DNA of 64,000 bases from an uncultured Solirubrobacteraceae bacterium (GTDB lineage: Bacteria; Actinomycetota; Thermoleophilia; Solirubrobacterales; Solirubrobacteraceae), in contig CAZPQW010000016.1 of NCBI GenBank assembly GCA_964588985.1, positions 1 through 64,000 of the forward strand, read 5' to 3'. A model generated the notes under the pieces. The model did not search any database and was not told the DNA's origin. It saw nothing but the letters and a program-made list of their open reading frames with translations. Position numbers and translations under genes: made by a program. Below, one piece after another: positions 22,933-33,112 of the stretch (position 1 is its first letter; every line of letters begins with the position of its first letter).

Positions 22933-24444
22933 TCAGGTTTCGGCTTTGATCTCCACCGCTTCGGCGTTCTTGATTTTGCCCTTGCTCGTCAGCCCAGCCT
23001 GAGCAGGGGCGCCCGCGCCGATGGTGGCGAGCAACGTCTGGCCAGCGCCTTCTTCGAAGCGTTCGGGCGCCTGTTTGCCGGCGACGGCGCTGAACGCGAG
23101 CGTTGTCGAGGTGGCCATCTTCTCGACCGCCCCGATCGGCGCGATCACCGAGCCGCTCACCGAGATCTTGCTGCCGGAGGCGCATTCGGCGGTGAGCAGC
23201 GTGGGCGAGTGCGTGAGATCCAGGCCGACCGAGACGTGGAGCTGTTCTCCTTCGACCGCGTCGGCGATGAACCCGAGCGTGCCCGCGAGCGCGCTCGTGA
23301 CGATTTCCCCGTTCGCCGCGCCGGCGCTCTGGCAGGCTTCCTTGCTCGTGGCGAGCTTGCAGCCGGTGAACGTGGTCGTCGCGGTGGCGGTTTTCGCGCC
23401 CGTGTACTGACCAGCGGTGACCGCGTGCGAGCACCGCACTCCCGCCCCTCCGACCGTTTCGAGGGTGCTCGCACCGGCGTTGACGGTGAACGAGGGCTTC
23501 GGGCCCGGCCCGGTGGTCCATTCATACCGCCCGCCCTTCGCGGTGGTCAGACAGCCCGCGTCGGCGTAGCTTCCGCTGTAGGTCTTTTCCTTGCCCTGCC
23601 CCACGCCTTCGAGCTTCACGCAGCGACCGAGCTCGGGGAGTTCCCGCTCGGCCCTCAACGTCGCCGCCGAGACGTTCTCGAACGTGTTGTTCAGAACCGC
23701 CGTGTTGTGCCCCGCCGCCGCCGGCACGCCCGCGATCAGGTCCACCGAAGGGTCGATCAGGAGCGACAGCAGGCCGCCGCAGCCGCCCGCGCCGGGAACG
23801 GAGAAGCTGTTGTCCACCACCGAGCCGCCGCTGATCACGATGATCCCGCCCGCGCCCGCGAATTCGAGTTTGCCCGCGCTGCCCGAGATCGGTTTGTTCG
23901 GGGAGGGCGGGCTCGTTGTGCCGCTCGTCAGCTGCAGGTCCACGGGCGTCGTGTTCGAGCCGATGTAGCACGAGCCTCCGAGCAGCGGGTTACCGAGATT
24001 GACCTTGATCGGGAGCGACACCGCGACGCCTTTGCGCGCGAAGAAGTTCGGCAGGTTGAGAACCACGGGGCCGGTGAGCTCAGCCGTGGCCTGCACTTCG
24101 GTGAGCCCCGGCAGCAGTTCGATGCCGATCAGCCCGCCCGGCAGCTGGAGCGCCGTCTTGGACAGGGTGTTGCCGTCGGCCGCCGGGACGATGTCGGGCG
24201 AGGTCGCCGTCAGACCGCCCTGGAGCGTGATCGTCTTGTTGATCGGAACGGCCTTGTTGCCGAGGTGGAATTCGCCGCTCGTGGTGTAGGACACGATGCA
24301 GCTCACGACCGCCGGGTTGCTCGTGGGACAGTCGTCGAAGACCGAGAATTCCTTCTGGAGCCCGGCCATCGCGGACCCGGCGCCGACAAGCGCGGCCACC
24401 GACGTCACGAGCGCGACCAAGGCCATCCTCACCTTCAAATCCAT
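22933..24444 (-). CDS. Secreted Cys-containing beta-rich hypothetical protein (503 aa)
   Basis: Signal peptide ending SAMA; AGGAGG SD; Gly/Thr/Ser-rich. Confidence 0.85.
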   Translation of the reverse strand: MDLKVRMALVALVTSVAALVGAGSAMAGLQKEFSVFDDCPTSNPAVVSCIVSYTTSGEFHLGNKAVPINKTITLQGGLTATSPDIVPAADGNTLSKTALQLPGGLIGIELLPGLTEVQATAELTGPVVLNLPNFFARKGVAVSLPIKVNLGNPLLGGSCYIGSNTTPVDLQLTSGTTSPPSPNKPISGSAGKLEFAGAGGIIVISGGSVVDNSFSVPGAGGCGGLLSLLIDPSVDLIAGVPAAAGHNTAVLNNTFENVSAATLRAERELPELGRCVKLEGVGQGKEKTYSGSYADAGCLTTAKGGRYEWTTGPGPKPSFTVNAGASTLETVGGAGVRCSHAVTAGQYTGAKTATATTTFTGCKLATSKEACQSAGAANGEIVTSALAGTLGFIADAVEGEQLHVSVGLDLTHSPTLLTAECASGSKISVSGSVIAPIGAVEKMATSTTLAFSAVAGKQAPERFEEGAGQTLLATIGAGAPAQAGLTSKGKIKNAEAVEIKAET

Positions 24445-24513
24445 TCCTGATCCTCCTGATTAGGCATCGCTCTGTCCCCCTCCCCAGACGGGGCAGGGCG
24501 GTGATCCTACTCA

Positions 24514-24604
24514 GGTTGACGAAATCTCACAAGTACATTTCTTATGCACAAGTCTTGACTTTGCATGGAAAGGTAATAAATGGCGAATTACTTAATAGTC
24601 AACC
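24514..24604. promoter_or_regulatory. AT-rich regulatory region with palindrome
   Basis: ATGCACAAGTC-TT-GACTTTGCAT imperfect palindrome, CACAAGT direct repeat, flanking GGTTGAC/GTCAACC. Confidence 0.5.
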
Positions 24605-24650
24605 CGTGTGCCTACCGGTGAAAGGTGACACAACCACGACTGCCAGCCGC

Positions 24651-26123
24651 TCAGGCGACCGGAGCCAGCGCCTCCGGCACGCGCACCGCGCGCAGGTCTC
24701 CATCCGGCTCGCGCACGATCCCCGCGGCACTCACCTGCGGCCACGGCGCACCCGGCCGCGCGAGGTGGAAGCCCTGCACGAGCGGCACACCGAGCCGCCG
24801 CACCGCGTCGAGCTCCCCCGCCGTCTCCACTCCCTCGGCCACGAGCAAACTGCCGACCTGCTTGGCGTAACCGGCGAGCGCGCCCACGAGCGCGGCACGC
24901 TCACCGTCGCCGTCGATACCGGCGACCAGCGAGCGGTCGAGCTTGAGGTAGGCGGGACGGACGGAGGTGATCTGGCGCAGCCCCGAGTAGCCCGCGCCCA
25001 TGTCGTCGACCGCGAGGCTCACGCCACGCGCCCGCAACGGCGCGATGACGACCTGCAGCTGCATGTCGCTGTGGACGAGCGTCTCCTCGGTGACCTCCAC
25101 GATCAGCCCCCGCAGGTCGTCCTGCCCGCGCGCGCCGACGCGTTCGAGCATGTCGATGGTGCGGTCTTCGAGCAGCACGGGCGCGGACAGGTTGAGCGAG
25201 AGGCTCGTCCCTGCCGGACGGCGCGCATACAGCTCGAGCGCCAGACGCAGGCACGCGCGCTCGAGCGCCGGGCGCTCCCCGAGCTGCTCCGCGAGCGCGA
25301 ACCAGTGCAGCGGGCTTCCGTCCATGCCTGGCTGGGAGAAGCGCGCTAGCGCCTCGTATGCGTGCACCGTGCCGGTGCGGATGTCCACGATCGGCTGCAC
25401 CGCCATCGACAGCCCCTCGCCTAGCAGCAGCTGCGCGAGCGCGCCTTCCGCGAGCGCCATGTCGCCACCCGCAAAGCCCTCGCCCGAGGGACGCGCGGGC
25501 GCCCCTCCCTCCCCCGCGTTCGCGCGCCCGCTGCGCTCAGCCACGCGCGCGGCGATGTCCCCGGCGAGCAGCAGCGTCTCGGCGCTGTCGGCCTGCAGGC
25601 GCGCCTGGCGCAGCAGCAGGTTGAGCTCGTTGGTGAGCCTGCCCGCGGTGAGCAGGAACGCGACCGTGGCGACGCACATCGCGGCGTAGTCGCCGTGCAG
25701 GTAGCCCGCGCGCGCGATCGGCAGCGCGAGCGCGCCCAACACGATCGTGCGGCCCATCCAGTGCACTCGCCCGCCGCGCGCGAGCACGCCGCTCGCGACC
25801 GCCACCAGCCACAGCAGGCTGAGCACGTTCACCCACTGCCCGCCGAAGCCGATCAGCAGCACGCCCGCGCTGCCGGCGAGCGACTCCTCGACGCTCAGCC
25901 ACCGAAGCCGGGGCGCGGCGAGCTGCACACCGGCGGTGAGGGCGATCGTCGCGAAGGCGATGAGCCCGAGCGTCGGATGCGGAAGCAGGCTCGACTGGGA
26001 GAGAACCAGCGCGATGCCGACGAAACCCACGGCGACGCGCGTCGTCGCGGCGGTCCTGCGTGCGCGCAGGATGTGACCGCCCGTCTCGATCGGTACAGGA
26101 GCGGCTAGCAACTCCATCGTCAC
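24651..26123 (-). CDS. Membrane-anchored EAL c-di-GMP phosphodiesterase
   Basis: YEALARF, DDMGAGYS, KLDRS, AEGVE, QGF; N-terminal TM helices. Confidence 0.92.
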   Translation of the reverse strand: MTMELLAAPVPIETGGHILRARRTAATTRVAVGFVGIALVLSQSSLLPHPTLGLIAFATIALTAGVQLAAPRLRWLSVEESLAGSAGVLLIGFGGQWVNVLSLLWLVAVASGVLARGGRVHWMGRTIVLGALALPIARAGYLHGDYAAMCVATVAFLLTAGRLTNELNLLLRQARLQADSAETLLLAGDIAARVAERSGRANAGEGGAPARPSGEGFAGGDMALAEGALAQLLLGEGLSMAVQPIVDIRTGTVHAYEALARFSQPGMDGSPLHWFALAEQLGERPALERACLRLALELYARRPAGTSLSLNLSAPVLLEDRTIDMLERVGARGQDDLRGLIVEVTEETLVHSDMQLQVVIAPLRARGVSLAVDDMGAGYSGLRQITSVRPAYLKLDRSLVAGIDGDGERAALVGALAGYAKQVGSLLVAEGVETAGELDAVRRLGVPLVQGFHLARPGAPWPQVSAAGIVREPDGDLRAVRVPEALAPVA

Positions 26124-26203
26124 CCGATCGACCTCGCGCGCGCACGGCTTGAGGGTGGAGACCGTACTTTCGGCCGATCGGCAGTCGCGTGCCGGCAGCC
26201 GCC

Positions 26204-26740
26204 TCAGTCTTCGATGCAGGGGGCTCCGGCGAGCTTTCCCTCGACGAGCGCCGCGTGCGCGTGTGCGGCGTGCGTGCCCGGAGGCAGGCCGAGCCGCAGG
26301 CCCACGCGACGCAGCAGCTCCAGCATCTGCTCCCGCTCGTCAGCGCTGAGATCAGCGCACAGGTGCTGCTCGAAGCCGGTCGCCACGACGAGCGCCTGAC
26401 CGAGCAGCTCGCGCCCGTCGTCGGTCAGGTGCAGCGCACGGGTGCGCCGGTCCAGCGGGTTGTGCCGGCGTTCGAGCAGCCCACGCTCCTCGAGCCCGTC
26501 GACGAACGCGACCATCCTGCTCGGGGGGATCTGCAGCCGCTCGCCGATCGCCTGCTGGGACTGGCCCTCGGAGGCTCCCACGGCGCGCAACAGCGCGAAC
26601 TCGCGTGGTTCCAGCTCCAGCGGCGCGAGCGTCTGGTGGAAGTGGCGGCTGACGGCGTAGCCGGTCGAGGAGAGTGTGAAGCCGACCGAGCGGAAGGAAG
26701 CGCTCGCATCGAGCGTCGGTACGTCTATGTCGCTCTCCAT
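26204..26740 (-). CDS. MarR family regulator
   Basis: LEERGLLER..DRRTRALHLTDDG; divergent from the efflux operon. Confidence 0.92.
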   Translation of the reverse strand: MESDIDVPTLDASASFRSVGFTLSSTGYAVSRHFHQTLAPLELEPREFALLRAVGASEGQSQQAIGERLQIPPSRMVAFVDGLEERGLLERRHNPLDRRTRALHLTDDGRELLGQALVVATGFEQHLCADLSADEREQMLELLRRVGLRLGLPPGTHAAHAHAALVEGKLAGAPCIED

Positions 26741-26779
26741 ACCCCCGATGATACTGCAGCGGAAAGACTTCTTATGTAT

Positions 26780-26799
26780 ATTATTCTGCACGGAATCAT
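26780..26799. promoter_or_regulatory. Probable MarR operator
   Basis: Near-palindrome ATTATTCTGCACGGAATCAT in the divergent promoter. Confidence 0.55.
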
Positions 26800-26826
26800 T
26801 CCTACCCGAATCGATGGAGTAGAACC

Positions 26827-28983
26827 ATGACATCGCTCACCCGCTGGGTCCTCGCCCACAAACGCATCGTCGTCGGCTTCTGGGTCGTGCTGACCCTCGT
26901 GGGCATGGTCTCGTCGAGCTCCGCGACGAAAGCGCTCAAGCAGAAGTTCTCCGTGCCGGGCAAGGAAGGCTGGCTGACCAACCGCCAGATCGCGAAGGAC
27001 TTCCACGGCACCGGCGGCAACGGCGCCCCGCTGCTCGCGGTGGTGACGCTTCCCGCGGCCAGCCCCGTCGACTCCAAGAGCGTGCAAAGCGAACTGCGCG
27101 CGGTGGAATCGCGGATCGAGAGCACCCTGCCGGGTACGCGCATGGCTGGCTACGCGAGCACGCACGAACAGGCCCTCCTGTCGAGCGACAGGCACACGAC
27201 GTTCATCGTCGCCTACCCCCCGCCCGACCCGACGCAGGCGTTCGAAAACAACCCCGAAGCGGCGAAACGCGCGAGCGCGGCGCTGAAGGGCGCGACCGTG
27301 GCGGGCGCCCCGGTGCACCTGACGGGCTACGACGCGCTCTCGAACCAGAGCGGCGGCGGCAAGGGGCCGGGCGTGCTGCTCGAGGCGATGCTCGGCGGGC
27401 TCGGAGCGCTGCTGGTGCTGGCGTTCGTGTTCGGCTCGTTCCTCGCGGTCGTGCCGATCATGATGGCGATCGTTTCGATCCTCACGACGTTCCTCGTCGT
27501 TTGGGGCCTCACGACGATCACGGAAGTCTCCCCGATCGTGCAGTTCCTGATCGCGCTGATCGGGCTGGGCGTGTCGATCGACTACTCGCTGCTGGTTGTG
27601 GTCCGCTGGCGCGAGGAGCGCGCCCACGGCCTGTCGGGCGAGGAGGCGATCGAGCGCGCGATGCAGACCGCGGGTCGGGCGGTGGTGTTCAGCGGCACGA
27701 CCGTCGCGATCGGCCTATTCGCGCTCGTCGCACTGCCGGTGCCGTTCCTGCGCTCCGTCGGCTACGGCGGCATGCTGATCCCTCTGATCAGCGTGATCGT
27801 GGCGCTGACGCTGCTGCCGGTGGTGCTGAGCAAGCTCGGCTCGCGCCTGGACTGGCCGCACATCCGCGACGACGACAAAGCGAGCCGCTCTTGGACGGGC
27901 TGGGCGAACCTGATCGTGCGCGCGCGTTGGGTCGCCGCGCTGGGCGCGGCGCTCATGCTCGCTGCGCTCGTGCTCGCGGCGACGAACCTGCAGCTGGGCA
28001 CGTCGAACGTGAACACGATCGCCAAAGAAGGCGACGCCAAGCAGGGCCTCATCGCGCTCGAGCGCTCGGGGATCGGCTCGGGCGTGATCGTGCCGAACGA
28101 GGTGCTCGTCGAAGGCGCGAGCTCTCCGACCGCGGTGGCGCAAACGCTCGCGAAGCTTCCGGGCATCCACGGCGCGGTCGCGCCGAGCTCGTCGCGGTGG
28201 CGCCGTCCGGGCGCGGCGGTCGTCGACGCATTCACCATCCCCGACGCCTCCACGGCGGCCGGCCGCTCGACGCTCGAAGACGTGCGCTCAACCGTGCGCG
28301 CGGCGTCGCCGGGAGTCCGACTCGGCGGGCTGGCCGCGCAGAACAAAGACTTCATCGACGCGGTGTACGGCAACTTCCCGCTGATGATCGCGTTGATCGC
28401 CATCATCACGTTCATCCTGCTCGCACGCGCGTTCCGCTCGCTGCTGCTGCCGCTGAAGGCGGTGATCCTGAACGTGATCAGCGTGGGCGCCGCGTGGGGC
28501 GTGCTCGAGCTGGTGTGGCAGACCGGCCACGGCTCGCACCTGATCTGGGGCATCTCGGCGACCGGGTCGATCACCGCGTGGATCCCGCTCATGGTGTTCG
28601 CGTTCCTGTTCGGTCTTTCTATGGACTACGAGGTGTTCATCCTGGCGCGCATGCGCGAGGAGTACGACGCGACCGGCGACACGAACACCGCGGTGGTGCG
28701 CGGCATCGGGCGCACGGGCCGGCTGGTGACGAGCGCGGCGCTGATCCTGTTCCTCGCGTTCGTGTCGCTCGCGTCCGGCCCCGAGACCGAAATCAAAGTC
28801 CTCGCGACGGGCCTCGCTGCTGGCATCCTGCTCGACGCGACGGTGATCCGCGCGCTGTTCGTGCCAGCGGCGGTGTCGCTGTTCGGCCGCTGGAACTGGT
28901 GGCTGCCGCACCTGCCCGCGCGGCTCCTGCGCGTGCAGCCATCGCTCCCGCCGCGCGTCGCGACCGAGTCGGAGGCGTCGTGA
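26827..28983 (+). CDS. MMPL family transporter
   Basis: GLGVSIDYSL..R.REE; FGLSMDYEVF..R.REE; two-repeat topology. Confidence 0.95.
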   Translation: MTSLTRWVLAHKRIVVGFWVVLTLVGMVSSSSATKALKQKFSVPGKEGWLTNRQIAKDFHGTGGNGAPLLAVVTLPAASPVDSKSVQSELRAVESRIESTLPGTRMAGYASTHEQALLSSDRHTTFIVAYPPPDPTQAFENNPEAAKRASAALKGATVAGAPVHLTGYDALSNQSGGGKGPGVLLEAMLGGLGALLVLAFVFGSFLAVVPIMMAIVSILTTFLVVWGLTTITEVSPIVQFLIALIGLGVSIDYSLLVVVRWREERAHGLSGEEAIERAMQTAGRAVVFSGTTVAIGLFALVALPVPFLRSVGYGGMLIPLISVIVALTLLPVVLSKLGSRLDWPHIRDDDKASRSWTGWANLIVRARWVAALGAALMLAALVLAATNLQLGTSNVNTIAKEGDAKQGLIALERSGIGSGVIVPNEVLVEGASSPTAVAQTLAKLPGIHGAVAPSSSRWRRPGAAVVDAFTIPDASTAAGRSTLEDVRSTVRAASPGVRLGGLAAQNKDFIDAVYGNFPLMIALIAIITFILLARAFRSLLLPLKAVILNVISVGAAWGVLELVWQTGHGSHLIWGISATGSITAWIPLMVFAFLFGLSMDYEVFILARMREEYDATGDTNTAVVRGIGRTGRLVTSAALILFLAFVSLASGPETEIKVLATGLAAGILLDATVIRALFVPAAVSLFGRWNWWLPHLPARLLRVQPSLPPRVATESEAS

Positions 28984-29984
28984 TGGGCGAGAACGGCATC
29001 GAGGTGCAGGGCCTGGTGCGCGACTTCAAGGGCGGCGTGCGGGCAGTCGACGGGATCGACCTGCACGTCTCCCCCGGCGAGATCTACGGCTTCCTCGGTC
29101 CGAACGGCGCAGGCAAGTCGACGACGGTCCTGGTGCTCACGACGCTGCTGCCGCCCACGTCGGGCACCGCGCGCGTGGCGGGGCTAGACGTGGTCCGCCA
29201 GGGCGCGGAGGTGCGTCGCGCGATCGGCGCCTCGCTGCAGGAGTCGGCGCTCGACCCGTTCCTGACGGGCCGCGAGCACATGCGCCTACAGAGCGCGCTG
29301 CACGGCCTCGGCAAGGCGGAGCGCGAGAAGCGAGGCACGGAGCTGCTGGAGCGCGTCGGGCTGACCGATGCGGCAGACCGCAAGGTGGGCGGCTACTCGG
29401 GCGGGATGAAGCGCCGCCTGGATCTCGGTCTCGCGCTGGTGCACGGCCCGCGGCTGCTGTTCCTCGACGAGCCAACCACGGGCCTCGACCCTCAGAGCCG
29501 CGCGGCGCTGTGGGACGAGGTGCGCCGCCTGGCGAACGACGGCGTGACGGTGTTCCTCACGACGCAGTACCTCGAGGAGGCGGACGTGCTCGCCGACCGC
29601 GTGGGGATCATCGACCGCGGCAAGATCGTCGCGGAGGGCACGCCCGCCGAGCTGAAGGCGGCGATCGGCCGCCCGAGCGTCGAGGCGACGCCCGCGGACC
29701 CGGGCGACCGCGAGCGGTTGACGGCGGTGATGGGACGCTTCGGCGAGCCCGCGGCGGCATCGCCGAACGGCGTCGCGGCGCGACTGCCGGAGGGCGTGGG
29801 CGACCTCGCGGAGATCGTGCGCACGCTCGACGCGGAGCACATCCCGATCGCGGACCTGCGCCTGCACACCCCCACCCTCGACGACGTGTTCCTGGCCAAG
29901 ACGGGGCGCTCGCTGGAGGGCGCGGGCGACGGCGCGGACGCGGGCCCGGAGGAAGAGCGGGCGACGACGGCGGTGGGCTCGTGA
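28983..29984 (+). CDS. ABC transporter ATP-binding protein (DrrA-like)
   Basis: GPNGAGKST, YSGGM, FLDEPTTGLDP. Confidence 0.95.
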   Translation: MGENGIEVQGLVRDFKGGVRAVDGIDLHVSPGEIYGFLGPNGAGKSTTVLVLTTLLPPTSGTARVAGLDVVRQGAEVRRAIGASLQESALDPFLTGREHMRLQSALHGLGKAEREKRGTELLERVGLTDAADRKVGGYSGGMKRRLDLGLALVHGPRLLFLDEPTTGLDPQSRAALWDEVRRLANDGVTVFLTTQYLEEADVLADRVGIIDRGKIVAEGTPAELKAAIGRPSVEATPADPGDRERLTAVMGRFGEPAAASPNGVAARLPEGVGDLAEIVRTLDAEHIPIADLRLHTPTLDDVFLAKTGRSLEGAGDGADAGPEEERATTAVGS

Positions 29985-30760
29985 ACGGCTCGCACGCGAC
30001 CCAGATCGGCGTGCTGGCGAGGCGCTCGATGCTGAAGACGCTGCGCCAGCCGTTTCAGATGTTCCCAATCGTGTTCTTCCCGCTGATCCTGCTGGCGGTG
30101 AACGCGAGCGGCCTGCGCGCGGCGACGCGCCTGCCCGGCTTCCCCACCCACTCCTACATCTCCTTCGCGATCGCGGTGGCGTTCATCCAGGGAGGCATGT
30201 TCGCGCTGATCAACACCGGCACGAACCTCGCGGAGGACATCGAGAGCGGCTTCTTCAACCGCCTCGCGCTGACGCCGCTGCGGCGCGTGTCGCTGATCGC
30301 GGGGCTGCTGGTGGGCGTGGCGGCGCTCGGCGTGCTGCAGTCGGGCGTGTACATCCTGATGGGCGTGATCGCGGGCGCCCACCTCGAAGCGGGCGTGGGC
30401 GGGGCGCTCGTGATCCTCGCGCTCGGCTCGCTCACGGCGGTCGGCTTCGGCGCGCTCGGTTGCGCGGCGGCTCTTCGCACCGGTTCGGGCGAGGCGGTGC
30501 AGGGCCTCTTCCCCCTGTTCTTCGTGTTCATCTTCCTGTCGTCGAGCAACCTCCCGCGCAACCTGCTGCGGACGGGCTGGTTTCACACGGTCGCGACCTG
30601 GAACCCGATCTCGTACCTGATCGAGGGCTTCAGAAGCCTTTTCATCTATGGATGGGATGGCGCGGCGTTGTGGCGTGGCTTCGCGGTGGCGATCGGGCTG
30701 ACGCTTCTGGCTCTCCTCGCGGTGGCCGGGGCTATGAACACCAGAATGCAACGGACATGA
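29981..30760 (+). CDS. ABC-2 type permease
   Basis: Multi-TM, WNPISY motif, translationally coupled. Confidence 0.9.
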   Translation: MNGSHATQIGVLARRSMLKTLRQPFQMFPIVFFPLILLAVNASGLRAATRLPGFPTHSYISFAIAVAFIQGGMFALINTGTNLAEDIESGFFNRLALTPLRRVSLIAGLLVGVAALGVLQSGVYILMGVIAGAHLEAGVGGALVILALGSLTAVGFGALGCAAALRTGSGEAVQGLFPLFFVFIFLSSSNLPRNLLRTGWFHTVATWNPISYLIEGFRSLFIYGWDGAALWRGFAVAIGLTLLALLAVAGAMNTRMQRT

Positions 30761-31548
30761 GCGGCACACGTGTGACCGGCGGTGGGATCTGGCGCGTGGC
30801 GGGCACGATCGCGTGGCGCAGCCTGCACACGTACGTGCGCCGGCCGGACCTGTTCGTTCCTTCGCTGGTGTTCCCGCTGATCTTCCTCGCGAGCTTCGCG
30901 GGCGGGCTGTCGGCGCTGGGCTCGGTGCCGGGCTTCCACTTCCCGGCGGGCTACACGGCGTTCCAGTTCGTGTTCGTGCTGTGCCAGTCGGCGATGTTCG
31001 CGGGGCTGTTCACGGGCTTCACGCTCGCGTTCGACTTCGAGAGCGGCTTCGCGCGGCGGCTGATGCTCGCGGCGGAGGACCGGCGCGGGATCGCGCTCGG
31101 CTATGCGCTGGTGGCGCTGTCGCGCGCGGCGATCACCCTGAGCGTGGTCACCGCGGTGGCGGTGGCGACTGGGATGCGGGTGACGGGCGACGGCGTGGAC
31201 GTGTTCGGGCTGTATGGGCTGGCGGCGCTGCTGGTGCTGGTGGGCTATGGCTGGGCGGCGGGCGTGGCGTTCCGCTTCCGCTCGATCCAGGCGGGGCCGC
31301 TGATGCAGACGCCGGTCTTCCTGATCATCTTCCTCGCCCCGGTGTACGTGCCGCTGGGGCTGCTCAAAGGCTGGATTCACACGGTGGCGAGCGTGAACCC
31401 GGCGACCGCCTTCCTGGAGGCCGGCCGCGGACTGATCTCGGGCGTGCACGACCACACGGCGCTCGCGTACGTGTGCGCGGTGGCGCTGATCGGGCTGTTC
31501 GGGATCTGGATGCTGCTGGGGCTGCGCAGCGCCGAACGCTCGACCTAG
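30757..31548 (+). CDS. ABC-2 type permease
   Basis: Multi-TM, VNPAT motif, ATGA overlap. Confidence 0.9.
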   Translation: MSGTRVTGGGIWRVAGTIAWRSLHTYVRRPDLFVPSLVFPLIFLASFAGGLSALGSVPGFHFPAGYTAFQFVFVLCQSAMFAGLFTGFTLAFDFESGFARRLMLAAEDRRGIALGYALVALSRAAITLSVVTAVAVATGMRVTGDGVDVFGLYGLAALLVLVGYGWAAGVAFRFRSIQAGPLMQTPVFLIIFLAPVYVPLGLLKGWIHTVASVNPATAFLEAGRGLISGVHDHTALAYVCAVALIGLFGIWMLLGLRSAERST

Positions 31549-31607
31549 TGTTCACGGAGCCCTCGACTGGGCTCGCGCCGCAAGGCTTTAAGTCCTAGTC
31601 AGAAACA

Positions 31608-31952
31608 CTATGACGAAGATTGAAGCCGCCGAGCGAGCTCCTCGGCTTGAGTCGTACTCAAGAGCACCCTTTGCAACACGCCGTGGTTACGCACCGCAAA
31701 TGACAACCCCGGCACGTTTCGCCGCACGATGAAGAGCTGATCGAGGCGGATGGTGCGCGCGACGAACATCAGCCACGGGAGACGCAACCCGACCTTCATC
31801 CCGCCCCGCATCGCCTCGCGGACTGGATTCTCGACGACCTCGACTTCGCTGATGTCCGAGCGCGCGAGGGTGAGGTCTCGCATCAGCCCGAGCACCTTCT
31901 CCCACCGGGCCAGGCGCACTTCGACGGACTGCTCGGTGACGATGACGCGCAT
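31608..31952 (-). CDS. Hypothetical protein (possible PH-like fold)
   Basis: MRVIVTEQSVEVRLARWEK..; TACGCT box 6 nt upstream. Confidence 0.7.
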   Translation of the reverse strand: MRVIVTEQSVEVRLARWEKVLGLMRDLTLARSDISEVEVVENPVREAMRGGMKVGLRLPWLMFVARTIRLDQLFIVRRNVPGLSFAVRNHGVLQRVLLSTTQAEELARRLQSSS

Positions 31953-32031
31953 GCGCGAAGCGTATCCGGCTTGCAAACGCGGCCAATGGGGGTAGAACGA
32001 GGGAGAGGAAATCGAGCGAAGGGAGCGGGCG

Positions 32032-32475
32032 ATGGTTGAGTCCTCGGGGACGCCCACCAGAGTGCTGGTGGTGGCGCACAAGACGGCGGCGACGCAACCG
32101 CTGCTGGATGCGGTGCGAGCGCGCGCCGCAAGGGGCCCGAGCAGCTTCACGCTGCTTGTCCCGAACGCGGCCCACGGGCTGCACAGGGTGGTGGACGCGG
32201 AGGATCAGGGAGCGGACGAGGCCCGGTCGGTGATCGCGCAGGCGGTGCCGCTGTTGAGCGATGCGGCGGGCGCACCGGTGGAGGGCATCGTTGGCGATCC
32301 GGACCCCACGGCGGCGGTTCAGGACGCGCTCAACCTGCGCGGCTTCGACGAGGTGATCGTCTCGACGCTCTCACCGCGGTTGTCGCGCTGGCTGAAACTG
32401 GACCTGCCGAGCAAGGTGTCGGGGATGGGGCTTCCGGTGACCACCGTGACCCCGACGGACGAGCACGAAGGATAG
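32032..32475 (+). CDS. Universal-stress-protein-like hypothetical
   Basis: RVLVVA..GDPDP..FDEVIVST..GLPVT. Confidence 0.75.
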   Translation: MVESSGTPTRVLVVAHKTAATQPLLDAVRARAARGPSSFTLLVPNAAHGLHRVVDAEDQGADEARSVIAQAVPLLSDAAGAPVEGIVGDPDPTAAVQDALNLRGFDEVIVSTLSPRLSRWLKLDLPSKVSGMGLPVTTVTPTDEHEG

Positions 32476-32482
32476 CGATGAC

Positions 32483-32570
32483 GACAGTTGTCAGCACGAT
32501 AGTCTTGCGTTTATAAATCGAAGCCTGCAGACAGTTCGGAGACGCCTCAGACCTTACGAGACATCTGTCT
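32483..32570. promoter_or_regulatory. GACA-N2-TGTC palindromic operators upstream of the XRE gene
   Basis: GACAGTTGTC (32483-32492) and AGACATCTGTCT (32559-32570). Confidence 0.55.
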
Positions 32571-32607
32571 GTGGAACTTTCGTCTGAGCAGAGCGAGAGT
32601 TGAAACG

Positions 32608-32826
32608 ATGGAGACTGTCCGCAGACAATTTGCCGCCAACCTACGCCACCACCGCGACCGCGCGGGGCTGTCTCAGGAGGCGCTGGCGGACATCTGCGAT
32701 CTGCACCGCACCGAGATCAGCCTGCTCGAGCGCTGCAAGCGCTCGCCGCGCCTTGAGACGATCGTGATCCTCGCCCACGGACTGCAGCTCTCCTCCCCGG
32801 GTGAGCTGCTCGAGGGAATCAGCTAG
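32608..32826 (+). CDS. XRE family HTH regulator (controller-protein-like)
   Basis: GLSQEALA..LHRTEISLLER..SPRLETI. Confidence 0.9.
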   Translation: METVRRQFAANLRHHRDRAGLSQEALADICDLHRTEISLLERCKRSPRLETIVILAHGLQLSSPGELLEGIS

Positions 32827-32875
32827 AGGCACGTGGCAACGCGCCGAGGCGCGGACGCACCGGCCCAGTCGCGCG

Positions 32876-33112
32876 TCAGCTGTGGGCCGGCTCTGCGCGC
32901 AGGATTCGCGTGCCACCGTCAGCCGAGACCAAGACGACAGCTCGGTTGTCGCCGAGAGCCCGCTCGATCGCGGCATCGGTGTGGGGAGTATCGGCGTCGA
33001 TGAAAGCCGCGCGCTCAGGGTAGGGCGAGCGTTCCAAGATCGCCAGCTCGATCGCCTCGTCCATCACACGAGCCGCGGGTGATCCGTTGCCGTTGGTGCT
33101 CATCTGCGCCAT
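32876..33112 (-). CDS. Small hypothetical protein (78 aa)
   Basis: GC3-rich codons; TATGAT box 6 nt before the ATG. Confidence 0.6.
   Translation of the reverse strand: MAQMSTNGNGSPAARVMDEAIELAILERSPYPERAAFIDADTPHTDAAIERALGDNRAVVLVSADGGTRILRAEPAHS

Noticed and set aside
27501-28982. Long N-terminal extension of the ABC ATPase ORF, and similar extensions on the 49970, 50351, 45244, 34119, 35390 and 21442 ORFs
   Set aside because: Out-of-frame overlaps with neighbouring real genes; domain homology begins at later starts, so these are not fusions
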